From contig NC_057718.1 in assembly GCF_004010195.1 (NCBI RefSeq), positions 35,540,161 to 35,591,199 of the forward strand: a stretch of 51,039 bases of DNA, given 5' to 3'. A program made the translations under genes and the position numbers. Origin of the DNA: Chiloscyllium plagiosum (Eukaryota). The notes under the pieces are model-generated. The model did not search any database, was not told where the DNA came from, and saw only the letters and a list, made by a program, of their open reading frames with translations. Below are positions 36,116 through 47,965 of the stretch, piece after piece (position 1 is the stretch's first letter; every line of letters begins with the position of its first letter).

Positions 36116-37859
36116 AAAAGACCTCATCAAAACTCTCAGAACTTTTAGGTCTTACATTGTTTTGAATAAAATGTGCCCCAGTTTTACTCTGTGCTATGAA
36201 CTTCAGAAACTTCCGGTCCAACAAGATGTTGCATAAATAGAATATGAATAGCCATTTTAAAAAATGATCCCAAGTTAAGCACACCTTAAATTTCATGAAT
36301 ACCTAAAACCAATGTTCAAAGCAGTACATGTTTTAGGATCTAATAATAATTGTCACATCTGTCTTTGTTGTCAGCAAATCATATTGATCATTTTAACGAA
36401 TAGTTTTCAGAAAAGGTACTCCTGATTCAGAAACCAGTCAACAGAAGATCATATTTTTCTTATCAGTTGTATGTATTACAGTCAGCTACTTTGGTTTTCA
36501 CACTTACAACAATGCTGCTCAATCAGAGATCACATCTATTAGCAGACTGTGGACATCTCCAGCTGTGCCCACAGTCATTCTTAACCTGAACCTTTACTCA
36601 TGCGATGGGCTGCAAGGGACAGGCGAGATGGACCACTGGGTCTTTTCCTGTCCAGCGTTTTAATACGTTCAACAGAAATTCACTCAGAAAAGCTTCTCTG
36701 CTGCTGTATCCATTCTATTCATTATCTGCCAGCCTTTGATTCTTTCATTGCCATCCATGTCCCGACAAACCCATTGACTACATTGTTATCACATACCCTT
36801 CACACTTTCACTGTGCAGCTCTGCCCTCAGACCTTAACCAGTGATCACATGGTTTGGCACATTTCTTTCATGTAGCTCCTCTAATCCTGCTTCCTATATA
36901 TAATCTCCAGCTACACCATGTGCGTGTTCTTCCCATAGCACCATATTCAACCCTGTACCTGTGATGCAGCAGCTTTTCCCTTGGAAAAGACCAGTGTCTC
37001 TGTAAATCATTAACATGAGGTTTATTAGCACGCTTCACTTCAATAAGTACCAGGTCCCATCACAAGATGCAATGTGAAGATATATTAAGCACCTGATGGA
37101 GAACAGACTGACAATTGGATCTCCCAACACTTTTTTTTAAGTTTTATTGATTATGCAAACTTTTAAAACCTTGTTCGAAACAAATTGCTGCAGACCCTGA
37201 AGAATTACAATGAAATGTAAATTGTCTCCCCTTACCACTTTTTGTCCCTCCTCTCCTGATTGTAGACTGAATTTTTAGGCTCTATTTTTAAAAAAAAACA
37301 GAATTCAAACACAAAACCATGGAAGAGAATGTGCTTTCATTTGGGATTTCTATCCATGCCCTCTGGCCATCACACTGTACTGAAGGAGAGATTGAATATG
37401 TATAGACATTTAGTGTGAAAGTCTCCAAGTTGTTTTCCCAACTGCACATGATGTAGCAATGTCTGAAAAAACATCTTGGCTACTCATGGCACGAATAAAT
37501 TTTACTGTGCAGCCTCTGGATCCCAATCCCAATTTAGGGGAGAAAAATCTCCTGTCTTGACCAACACCTCTGAGTTGGAAGAGTCAGCACCCTCAGAAGA
37601 TATAACACAAAAGTGTTCTTCCTTATATTTCACCAGCACAGAGACATTCGTTTCAGTGAGTATTCTATCTGAAATTGACTCGGCATCACATTTTGGTGAA
37701 TAGAGCCTGGGTTCCAGAGCAGTTACCTCTTCACCTGATGTGAAGTGCAGTTTCCCCTTCCTCTTCAAATGGACATTTCCCCTCTGAAGCTGCCACCCTG
37801 GTGAAGATGCAGCAAACAATCACCAACATGAGAAACGTTTCAGTAACAACTGAACTGTT

Positions 37860-38349
37860 CCTCCTGAGTGGCACAAGCAATGGTCATGTATCTTCAGTAG
37901 ACAAATGGTCTATCCTATGATGGCCTTTATTAGATGCATGAGCAGCATTGTAGTGCTGTTCAGCATCATCTGGAAAAGAGGGGGAGGTGCAGTTATGCAT
38001 TGGGGCCATAAACCAGGCCTTGTGTGGGTACCCCTTGTTTCCTGCATACCATCTTGGTTGATGACACGGGGGAGCAAACATTAGCGTGATGTTAGATTAT
38101 AAGTATTGTGACAGTTCCCTGAAATAGGATGTGCACACCTACAGATGAAAGTGAGGACTGCAGATGCTGGAGAGTCAGAGTTGAAAAGTATGGCACTAGA
38201 AAAGCACAGCAGGTAAGGCAGCATCCAAGGAGCAGGAGAGTTGACTTTTCAGGCATCAGCCTTTTATCAGGAATGTGCATACCTACAGGAAATATTGGTA
38301 ATGGTCACTAACAAGATTTACATCAAGGGAGTGAAATCTCTTTCAGTTC
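37860..38349 (-). mobile_element. PIF/Harbinger transposase fossil (HARBI1-like DDE domain), interrupted by a PLE repeat
   Basis: Minus-strand frames give N*KRFHSLDVNLVSDH..FL*VCT, GNCHNTY and GNKGYPHKAWFMAP...DAEQHYNAAHAS. These match the Harbinger motifs NRKGFHSxNVQxVCD, PGSxHD and GDxGYPLxxWLMTP...ExxYNxAH. Confidence 0.8.
38145..38272 (-). mobile_element. Solo PLE pseudo-LTR insertion (family A)
   Basis: Homologous to 28112-28200 and 44232-44367. 16-bp TSD ATGTGCA(C/T)ACCTACAG at 38129-38144 and 38273-38288. The hammerhead core is mutated (CUGAUAA). Confidence 0.82.
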
Positions 38350-39583
38350 AGGAACATTGGAGAAGAAGGAGGCCATTCAGCTCCATTCAGCATAGCTGAT
38401 TGAACACTTTGATGCCTTTTATCGTACACTATCTCTCTCTTTGCATCATTGGATTTTAGAAAGTTTTTAAACTCTACTTTAAACATATTCCATGACTGCA
38501 CGTTGAGCAGCTAGAGTCTGTTAATTGTCATGCTGCAGCAAGTTCTTTTCTATATACAGACCTTGACTGGCTGCATGCTGAACTGTTTTATTTGTTTCTG
38601 TTTCACTTCACTCCCATTTGGGGTGTTTGTCTGTGCAGGAATTGTGCAAACAGACACCTCAGGCCCCTTCCATTTCTATCTCACACCCTTAGCGAGGGAT
38701 TCTGTATTGACCTGACTGACTGAAGAGAAGAATGATGCACGTAAACCTTTCTCTCCATTCCTTCACACTGACTCCCCTCCCCTCTCTAAACTACGCTTTC
38801 CCCTTCATCACTGGGGATGGTTTATACCTTTCCTCTGGTAAATTCTTTGTGATGCTTCCATCTCACCCTGTAACTGTGGCCCCTTTCGCCATATTCCTGT
38901 GACCTTCCTGAGCTTCCCCTGACCCCACAGCTATCCAGCTCCTCCATTCTTGGCCTCGTGTCATTCCTTATTTAAGTCCCCAGCTCCTTCACTCCCCAAC
39001 ACACCTCCTGATCCCATTGTGATCCCACTGTTGAAGTGCAGCTCCCATCTTTGCTTATCCCTCTTGTTCTTATCACTGTCACCCTCCCCTCTAACCTCCA
39101 GTTGCCTCGCTCCATGCCCTAAAATCCCTCTGGCACCCCAGACAACTTTGGCATTTTAAGTTTATCTCTCTGCTGTACCTTCCCATCTTTTTCTGGAGTG
39201 TTTCTGTTCAGCTCCTTTCAGTTTGAGCACCTCATGCCTATCCCAGTCGAGTTTCCTGATGTGGACCAGTGTAGCTGTCTCAATGAGCAGGCTGGGTTGG
39301 CAGCACAAACTGTATCTGTTAGATTGATGGTGCCATTCCACAACAACAACTTACAAGGCCCGTTATGAATTATTCCTGGTTCATCCAGTCATTTTGCATT
39401 CCTCAAGCTGTTGGCAATGAATGACAACAAAACCTCCCAAGACCAGTTATGAATGGCAGTTTCTATGGAGCATGCAGTCTATGTTCCTAGCAGGCTGGGT
39501 GTTAATGAGTACACACATACTCCTGAACACAAAAGAAGCTCCCAGCTCTCACAGAAGGGAAGGCCAACAATCTAAAAGGTTCT

Positions 39584-40049
39584 GTAACAAACACTACACC
39601 GGACAAACAGGCAGAAAACTAGCCCCCAGGATACATGAACACCAACTAGCCACAAAATGACATGACCCTCTCTCACTAGTATCCTTATATACAGATAAGG
39701 AAGGACACCACTTCCACTGGGACAATACATCCATCTTAGGACAAGCCAAACAGAGACATGCACGAGAATTCCTCGAAGCATAGCATTCCAATCGGATCTC
39801 TATCAACAAACACATCGAGTTAGACCCCATCTACCACCCCCTGAGAAAAAAAACAGGAAATGATATCACCAACCCAAAGAAACCCAAACATATAAATAGA
39901 AAGCAGGAATCATGTACACTGCTTCATCTGAGGCCCACTGAAGATGTTACCTAGTAGGGTGACGAAACGTCTGGAAATGAACCTCCCAGCTCAGCGAGCA
40001 AACCTACATCCAGAACCTCAACCTGAGCTACAAATCTTCTCAAAACTTA
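39584..40049 (+). mobile_element. Penelope-like element 3' fragment (GIY-YIG plus pseudo-LTR), family B
   Basis: CNKHYTGQTGRKLAPRIHEHQLATK...HAREFLEA GIY-YIG remnant. Flanking AAAGGTTCT duplication at 39575-39583 and 40053-40061. Confidence 0.88.
39935..39974 (+). ncRNA. Minimal type I hammerhead ribozyme motif, apparently intact
   Basis: CCA-CUGAAGA-U-GUUACCU(AGUA)GGGUGAC-GAAA-C-GUC-UGG. Stem I is CCA/UGG, stem II is 7 bp, the palindrome ACGU replaces stem III, and cleavage is predicted after C39971. Confidence 0.78.
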
Positions 40050-41949
40050 CTGAAAGGTTCTATTATGTTAATACCAAACCTTTCACCCAATGTTGGGAAT
40101 CCAAATTTCGCCCTCCAGCCTTTTTTAAATGCTTGGAGCAGGCCTAGAAAATTCCTCCCCACCCCCCACCCCAATTCCCCAAGCCTGGTAATAACAACAA
40201 AAACAGATGAGGATTTTGGCAGATGAGCTGAGACTGTTTTTGAGGTTGAGAGGTGTCATGTGTGGCATTGGATGATATTGTGAAGATGCCAATCATCAGT
40301 CTTAGCGGTAAACATGTGAAGCATTGCCTTGGAGGCCAGATGTGATAGCAGATTTGTGTACTGTATGGTTCAGCCTCAGGTAGGCACCAGAGAGGAAACT
40401 GGCACCAATGTTGGAAACAGAAATTGTGTGTGTAAGAAAAGGCGTTAATTAGCATAATTGGCTTAATAGTAGTGCTCCAAACAAGTGAATTGACCTTTCT
40501 TTTTGCTGACACCACTCCACATGTTGACATGGTTAAAACCATACGTTTTTTTAAACTTAAAAATTGAGACATACTTAACTATAATTCAGCTTTGTAATTA
40601 GTTTATCAGTGCAGATTACTTTAGGCCATTATTGCTCTCCAGCTAAAACAGCAATGTATTTCTGCCCTACATTGGAAGTACATATAACATCCACAATGTT
40701 TACTTTTTCTCATCCTATTCAATGTTTTAAGTCAATAGAAGTGGTTGTTAATCAAATCAGCTACTTCCATCATTACCAGAAGAAATCAATGCTTTGCTTC
40801 CATATTTCATTACAAATAAAGATTAAACAGCTAATCTTCAGCCATAATGTAACTAATACTTTCCTAATCACTAACAGGCAATGCATGACTCATTATCTTC
40901 CTACACAATTAAGTTTTGCTAACATTGTATCCTGGGTGCAATGAAAAAGATCTTTTGCATCTTTTGTTTTGACTAAAACTAAGTCTACATAAAAGTAGAT
41001 GAAATGGTAGGGTGTAAGACTATCGGCAGGGCAGCAATGTGTTGTGTCCCCTGGTGCTATAATACAGGCACATTGACCATGGTGCCTGGTATTGGCCAGC
41101 CAAAAGAGGTACAGGAGAAGCAAGACATTCATCATAAATAGCATATCAGTTGAGAGAATATTCCAAGCCATTATAATCCATCCCTTAGTAGACAGTTACA
41201 GCACAAATTGGCAGCACTTTGGAGCTATTTCCTTGTCCTCTATCCTAAGTATGAATCTACCTCGCCTTTGTCATTGTATTTTAAATTATCCCCCTTCTAA
41301 ACTCACCTCTACTTTCCATCTGTTTTATTACTGACTGGTCTATGAGGAAGTTTTCATTTTATCTTATTTTAGTAGCTTGTTTAACCTCTTTGAACTAGTT
41401 CCTGCCTGTTGTATTCATATTATTTTAATAAATCACTCAGGCTGTTCCTTCTATAAATGTTATTTAATGATTAAACCCTGCCCAATAATTTTGTCTTTGA
41501 AAATAACAATTAAGCTCTTACATGTGATTCAGTGAGTATGAAAGGATTGTTTATCCAAGGCACGCTGTCCCAGTTGACTTGGATATAGGATTCGAATTGA
41601 AGATCTCACTACTGTGAACATGGCAAGAATACAATAGAAAAGGCAGTGCAATAATTACTTCCTGCTCACAATGCCAATGCAACTGCTGTCATTCAAGAGG
41701 GGTCTACCATTGAATGATCAAAGTAGTGTCTGTTTCGGAATGGCAGCTCTTTTTTAACTGCATATTGGGGTCTTTATTGTATTTTTAATGAAATTGACCA
41801 ACCTGGCTTCATTAGACAGCAACGCATACATACTCGCAAACAGAACCACCAATCACACACACACACACACAACTGACCAACGGTGGGGTCCTCAACTTTC
41901 CAATTTGCCACACGAGATCGCAGGGGAGAAATGTTTGGGAAGCACTGGT

Positions 41950-42340
41950 CTACAAGTTACAACTCGAGATTGTGATGGAATACATCTACTCTCACAGTGG
42001 CAGCAGTTTGTAGCATCTACAAGATACACCACAGCAGCTCACCAAGATTGCCTAAATTACTTTCCAACCCTTGACCACCTGGAAACACAGGGGCAGCAAA
42101 CTCATGGCAACACCATCACCTGCAAGTTACCCTCCGTGCCATATGCCATCCTAAATTGGAACTATAACACCGTTCCCCTCACTATCACTGGGTCATAAGC
42201 CTGGAACTCCTTTCTTAATAGCACTTGATTGGACCTACACAGTAGCTTTTCATAAAGGAAGATCACCACCATCTTGACAAGGGCAATCAGGAATGAGCAA
42301 TAATGATGGCTTCGCCAGCAATACTCACATCTCATGAACT
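41950..42340 (+). mobile_element. Old non-LTR retroelement 3' end (related fragments at about 5480-5655 and 19005-19150)
   Basis: Shared block GTTCC(C/T)TCA..ATCACTG(G/A)..CA.A..CCTG.AACT...GGGCAAT seen three times in the window. Confidence 0.5.
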
Positions 42341-42389
42341 TACTGTAAAACAGCATTAGTTTTAAGGATGAGGTCAGGGAATGCATTCA

Positions 42390-44220
42390 AAATAGTTTCC
42401 TCGATCAACTATGAAGTAGAATACTTTAAATGTAATATTGTGCAGCAAAAAAATGGATAATTAATAACTATATGATAAAGGAGGCTTTTGGGAAGAGTGA
42501 TCATAACATGAATGAACTTGGAACTGAATTTGAATGTTACTTAGTTAAATGTGGAACTAGGATCTATGAATGAAATGAAACAGGTGTGAGGGGTTAGTTT
42601 GAAAATGCAGATTTGGAAATGAGAGTAAAAATATTACAGTGGTTAAGCAATGGCAAATGTTTAAAGAATCAATTTATAAATTCACAAAAAACTACATTTC
42701 TTTGGCGAGTAACACACTCAATGGAAAAGCAGTCCAATTTTGACTATTGTAATAAATTAATAACAGATTAGAGGGAATAAATGCTGCACATGCTGGAGAT
42801 CTGAAAATAAAAGGAAGTGCTGGAGTAGGTTTGGCAGCATCTGTGAAGAGAAAAACAGAGTTAATATTTCAAATCCAATATATCTTTTCTTCAGAACTCA
42901 GGTGACATCAGACTAGCTAAGTTTCTCCAGTACTTTATGTTTTTATTTCAGTTAAAGGGGTCACCTAAGATATTGTTAGAGTTTGAAGGTTGATAGGACT
43001 TTTAAATTTAGCAAAAGGTGACCAAGAAATTAATTAAGAAAGGAAAAATAGAATTTAAGTAACTAAGCAGAAAACTAAAAAAAAGATTGCAGAAACAGCT
43101 ATAGTGATGTGAGTAGAAACACATGTGGAACTAAATGTGAGTTACTAAGAGGCCCAGCAGAAGAATTGATCAGAGCAATAAATGAAAATGGCAGAGATAT
43201 TAAATACTTGTATCCACTTTTAATAGAAATCACAAAAGAATGCTGGAAAGAGGGGGAGCCCAGGGCCAAGTGAGAATGAGGCAATTAGTCATTTTCCAGG
43301 CAGGCCCAAAGGTGTTTCACTTAATAGAGAGAAGCAATTGGTTATATAGCTTGAAGGGCAAACATAGAAACACAGAACATAGCAGAAGGAGTAGGCCATT
43401 CAACCCCTCGAGTCTGCTCTGCTGTTCAGTTTGAGAATGGTTGATCATTGAGCTCAAAACGCTAATCTCACCACCCCCCCCCACCCCCCACCCCCCGCTC
43501 CCCACCATATCCCTTGATCCCCACTCACCTCATCAAGAGCAAGGCACAGTAAGGAAGCAGGTCTCCATGATCTAGAGCAAGCGATATGGGGATTGAATCC
43601 TGTTGTTGGGATCACTCAGCACAACCTTCCAGCCACCTAAGCTAACCAGTCCCCACTAAAGAAATTAGCATTAGTTTTTAAAGATGTGTGGAGAAAATAA
43701 TGGGATTAAAATCAATAAATTCCGAACTCCATGATCATTGGCTTTAAGAGTCAACCTATAGAGCTAGTAAATGCATTGATTTTGATCTTCCTTATGTTCT
43801 AAAATGGCCTTGAGAACTGGAAGATTGCAGCCATAGCTCAGCTATTCAAGAATGGAGCACCAGAAAAATATCAAAATGTTAGTCTCACATCAGTGATAGA
43901 GAGAATTTCAGAATTTATTATTAAGGACATGATAACAGAGCACCAAATGTACCATAATACAATCATGCAGAATCAACTTCAACTTAGAAAGGGCAAGTGT
44001 GTTTGCCAAGAACTTGAAGTTGTAGTCAGCTTGGAATATTTGGACCTGAGTATCCCTGTATATGAATCACAGAAAATTAACAGACAAGTTCAGCCAGCCA
44101 TTGTGAAAGAAAATATCACATAACCCTTTATTACAAAGGGACTGGAATGGAGGAGAAAGGAAGTCTTACTGCAGTTGTTTCAAGGTTAGGTGAGAACTCA
44201 CCAAGACTATTATGAAGAAG
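42390..44220 (+). mobile_element. Heavily decayed CR1 LINE with nested insertions
   Basis: GAAGAGTGATCATAACATG (SDHN-like) and GAACTGGAAGATTGCA (WKIA) remnants. Nested pieces include a PLE repeat (42780-42950), a CR1 3' end (about 43362-43520) and a SINE fragment (about 43540-43655). Confidence 0.55.
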
Positions 44221-44231
44221 TTCTGTTTATG

Positions 44232-44367
44232 GGGAGAAAGTGAGGACTGCAGATGCTGGAGAGTCAGAGTCGAAATGGGTGGCGCTGGAAAAACACAGCA
44301 GGTCAGGCAGCATCCGAGGAGCAGGAGAGACAGCATTTCAGGCATAAGCCCAAATTCCTGATGAAGG
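44232..44367 (-). mobile_element. PLE pseudo-LTR repeat (family A) with a short inverted end
   Basis: GGAGAAAGTGAGGACTGCAGATGCTGG...GGCATAAGCCC followed by inverted ATTCCTGATGAAGG. No clear TSD. Confidence 0.75.
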
Positions 44368-44520
44368 TGTGAAGCCTCTCAATGTTGGTCAGCTCATGAG
44401 CAGTCTCAGTTATATGTAGTCTAGCATGTTGTTAAATGTTTCCAGTCTGAGGGGAGAAAACTGACCAGGCAACAAGACTGCCTTTGTGAGGAAGCCACAC
44501 TAGCTGATGCCTTTACACTT

Positions 44521-45789
44521 AGGAAGTGCTGGATGTCTTGAAACACATAAAGGTGGATAAATCCCCAGGACCTGATCAGGTGTACCCTAGAACTCTGTGA
44601 GAAGCTAGAGAAGTGATTGCTGGACCTCTTGCTGAGATATTTGTATCATTGATAGTCACAGATGAGGTGCCGGAAGACTGGTGGTCAGCTAATGTGGTGC
44701 CAGTGTTTAAGAGGGGCGGTAAAGACAAGCCAGGGAACTATAGACCAGTGAGCCTGACGTCAGTGGTGGGCAAGTTGTTGGAGGGAATCCTGAGGGACAG
44801 GATGTACATGTATTTGGAAAGGCAAGGACTGATTAGGGATAGTCAACATGGCTTTGTGCATGGGAAATCATGTCTCACAAACTTGATTGAGTTTTTTGAA
44901 GAAGTAACAAAGAGGATTGATGAGGCAGAGTGGTAGATGTGATCTATATGGACTTCAGTAAGGCATTCGACAAGGTTCCCCACGGGAGACTGGTTAGCAA
45001 GGTTAGACCTCACAGAATACAGGAAGAACTAGCCATTTGAATACAGAACTGGCNNNNNNNNNNNNNNNNNNNNNNNNNNNNNNNNNNNNNNNNNNNNNNN
45101 NNNNNNNNNNNNNNNNNNNNNNNNNNNNNNNNNNNNNNNNNNNNNNNNNNNNNNNNNNNNNNNNNNNNNNNNNNNNNNNNNNNNNNNNNNNNNNNNNNNN
45201 NNNNNNNNNNNNNNNNNNNNNNNNNNNNNNNNNNNNNNNNNNNNNNNNNNNNNNNNNNNNNNNNNNNNNNNNNNNNNNNNNNNNNNNNNNNNNNNNNNNN
45301 NNNNNNNNNNNNNNNNNNNNNNNNNNNNNNNNNNNNNNNNNNNNNNNNNNNNNNNNNNNNNNNNNNNNNNNNNNNNNNNNNNNNNNNNNNNNNNNNNNNN
45401 NNNNNNNNNNNNNNNNNNNNNNNNNNNNNNNNNNNNNNNNNNNNNNNNNNNNNNNNNNNNNNNNNNNNNNNNNNNNNNNNNNNNNNNNNNNNNNNNNNNN
45501 NNNNNNNNNNNNNNNNNNNNNNNNNNNNNNNNNNNNNNNNNNNNNNNNNNNNNNNNNNNNNNNNNCAGAGGGTGGTACGTGTATGGAATGAGCTACCAGA
45601 GGATGTGGTGGAGGCTGGTACAATTGCAACATTTAAGAGGCATTTGGATGGGTATATGAATAGGAGGGGTTTGGAGGGATATGGGCCAGGTGCTGGCAGG
45701 TGGGACTAGATTGGGTTGAGATATCTGGTTGGCATGGGCAGGTTGGACCGAAGGATCTATTTCCATGCTGTACATCTCTATGACTCTAA
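44521..45789 (+). mobile_element. Young CR1 (HER1-like) LINE spanning a gap
   Basis: DKSPGPD, NYRPVSLTS and SQHGFVHGKSCLTNL before the gap; the 3' UTR follows it. Confidence 0.92.
45054..45565. other. Assembly gap (512 N)
   Basis: Run of N inside a CR1. Confidence 0.99.
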
Positions 45790-46610
45790 TCTCAAAAAGA
45801 AAAGAAAACTCCATTCAGTGTTTCCATTATACACTTGCAAAATAAACACAACACAGACTCATTTCTCATCCATAAACTTTGTACAAGTTTTGAAATAATA
45901 AGAATATTTTTTACATTGTTCTGAATATGTGGAAAAAACACCTACTCTGCCATTGATGTCGTTAACAAAATACTGACTGCATATTCAATAGCATTGAGAT
46001 TTATAATGAACAAAACAGAGATATGTCATGCTGTGTGCAGTTGCTGGAACGATGGAAATGTCACAGCAAGAAAGGCAAATAATAAAGAGTTCAAATCTCT
46101 TTCATGTACTAGAGATTCACTTGATTTCACTTTTAGGGACCAGGAGGACATTTGAAGAATGTTTATCCAAGTAAAATGGTTGATTCAAGCTTTCAATTCA
46201 ATAAATTTTAGCTGCTCAGAGACTGGCTTAATGATCTCATGTTTTATTATATGTTTTGTTATGAGCTCAGACAAGAAGATAATGAAGTATGTTAACCTGG
46301 AAAAGTTATGCCATCTGCCTGTGTGAGAAATAGCCCTTTCGAGCAACAAGAACAAATATTTATATAGTGCCTTTAATATAGTGAAACATGCCAAGGTGCA
46401 TCACAGAGGCATTTTACAACAAAGTATGACAACTGAGGTACATAAGGAAATACTAGCTGAGATGGCTCAAGGTTTTGTTAAAGAGTTGGATGGTAAGGCA
46501 TATCTTAAAGGAGGAAAATGAGATAGAGAGCAGAGAGAGATGGCATGAGGAGAATTCCAGAGCTTGGGACCTGGAAGTCTGAAGGTATGGCACTCCCCCT
46601 ATTGGTGAAG

Positions 46611-46751
46611 TTAAAAATCACACAACACCAGGTTATAGTCCAACAGGTTTAATTGGAAGCACACTAGCTTTCGGAGTGACGCTCCTTCATCAGGTGATTG
46701 TGGCTTTTAACTTTGTACACCCCAGTCCAACACCGGCATCTCCAAATCATG
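46611..46751. mobile_element. Short PLE pseudo-LTR insertion (family C), probably internally inverted
   Basis: Perfect 13-bp TSD CCTATTGGTGAAG at 46598-46610 and 46752-46764. It carries a minus-strand hammerhead and shares both ends with 28456-28528. Confidence 0.85.
46662..46696 (-). ncRNA. Minimal type I hammerhead ribozyme motif, apparently intact
   Basis: Minus strand CAC-CUGAUGA-A-GGAG(CGUCA)CUCC-GAAA-G-CUA-GUG. Stem I is CAC/GUG, stem II is GGAG/CUCC, the palindrome is AGCU and the cleavage triplet is CUA. Confidence 0.75.
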
Positions 46752-47142
46752 CCTATTGGTGAAGCGATCGTTGTTGGGGAAGCACAAAAAGCCAGAAACA
46801 GAAGAGTGCAGATATCTGAGGGACTGGAGAAAAGGAAGCGGGTGCCACCATGATTGGAATTGATCAGGATTTTAAAATCAAGACATTGCTTAACTGGGAG
46901 CCAATGTCAGTGCGTCTGCACTCCATTACTCTAATGGGAAAGGGATTTGCAGTTGGGTATGCAATGGACAGCAGGACTTTGGATGACCTCAAATGTACAG
47001 AAGATAGAAAGCAGAAGAACAGCCAGAACTGTGTTGGAATGGTCACATGACAATGATGTGAACAAAGGTTTCCACAGCAGGTGAGCTAGGAAACGGGCAG
47101 TAATGTTGCGGGGATAGGAGTAGGCAGTCACACCCAATCAGA

Positions 47143-47457
47143 AACAAAAACAGAAATGGCTAGAAAAGCTCAACAGGTCTGGCAGCATTTGTAAAGAGAA
47201 ATCAGAGTTAATGTTTCAGGTCCAGTGATCCTTCCTCAGAACGGAGTTCCCCAGTTCTGCCTCTGTGAGGCACCTTGGCGTGTTTCACTATATTAAAGGC
47301 ACTATGTAAATATTTGTTCTTGTTGCTTGAAATGACTATTTCTCATGTTAATTCTGATTTCTTTTCACAGATGCTGCCAAACCTGCTGAGCTCTTCCAGC
47401 AATTTCTGATTTTGTTTCTGATTTACAGCATCTGCAGTTCTTTCAGTTTTTACTTAT
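47143..47457. mobile_element. Inverted pair of PLE pseudo-LTR halves (family D) enclosing captured DNA
   Basis: About 47143-47215 is the inverted counterpart of about 47346-47420. Decayed minus-strand core CUGAGGA...GAAA at about 47210-47240. Imperfect 13-bp TSD at 47130-47142 and 47458-47470. Confidence 0.7.
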
Positions 47458-47874
47458 ACACCGAATCTGAGGTCGGACTTGAAAAGTATTGCAGGCTGAA
47501 TAGGGGCAATCAGGTGCAATGTCCTCGTGCAGATCAGAAATGATTCATGGAACTTCTGTATTCAGCTCTGTCCAGCCAATAAAGCCCCAAACAGTAGCAA
47601 ACAAATCATTCAGCCCTTATACAGCTCAGCCATCATTTAAACCAGAGCTGAGCTATATCTTAACTCCATTTACCCACCTACATCTAAGAGAAGGGAAAGT
47701 AAAATACTTCCAAAACTAAGCCATTCAAGTGCTATGTAACTGCTAAAGAAGTTTGTGGTACAGAGTGATATGGTTTACATTTCAGGAAAGCACTCCTAAT
47801 TCTATCAGTCCAATTACATTGTCAATGGATCATGGAATGGTATAGCATAGAAAGGTTCATAGGCTGTCATTGTG

Positions 47875-47965
47875 ATGTGGTAGTGGCCCTACCTCTGGAC
47901 CAAGAGGCCCAAGTTCAAGTCCCATTTGTTCCTGAGGTATAACATCTCTGGACAGGTTGATTAGA
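47875..47965 (+). mobile_element. tRNA-derived SINE head fragment
   Basis: TGTGGTAGTGGCCCTACCTCTGGACCAAGAGGCCCAAGTTCAAGTCCCA (A/B box-like). Confidence 0.5.

Larger units (their letters stand above)
46343..47480 (-). mobile_element. Decayed L2-clade LINE 3' part with nested PLE repeats
   Basis: CAACAAGAACAAATATTTATATAGTGCCTTTAA...CCAAGGTGCATCACAG is the reverse complement of an L2-type tail; GAATTCCAGAGCTTGGG is also present. Confidence 0.65.

Noticed and set aside
40144..42198. Several 80-142 aa ORFs upstream of the TMEM229B-like exon
   Set aside because: They have no recognisable homology or consistent splice signals and are consistent with chance ORFs.
45003..45632. ORFs of 184-209 aa
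   Set aside because: Artefacts of the N gap within a CR1.
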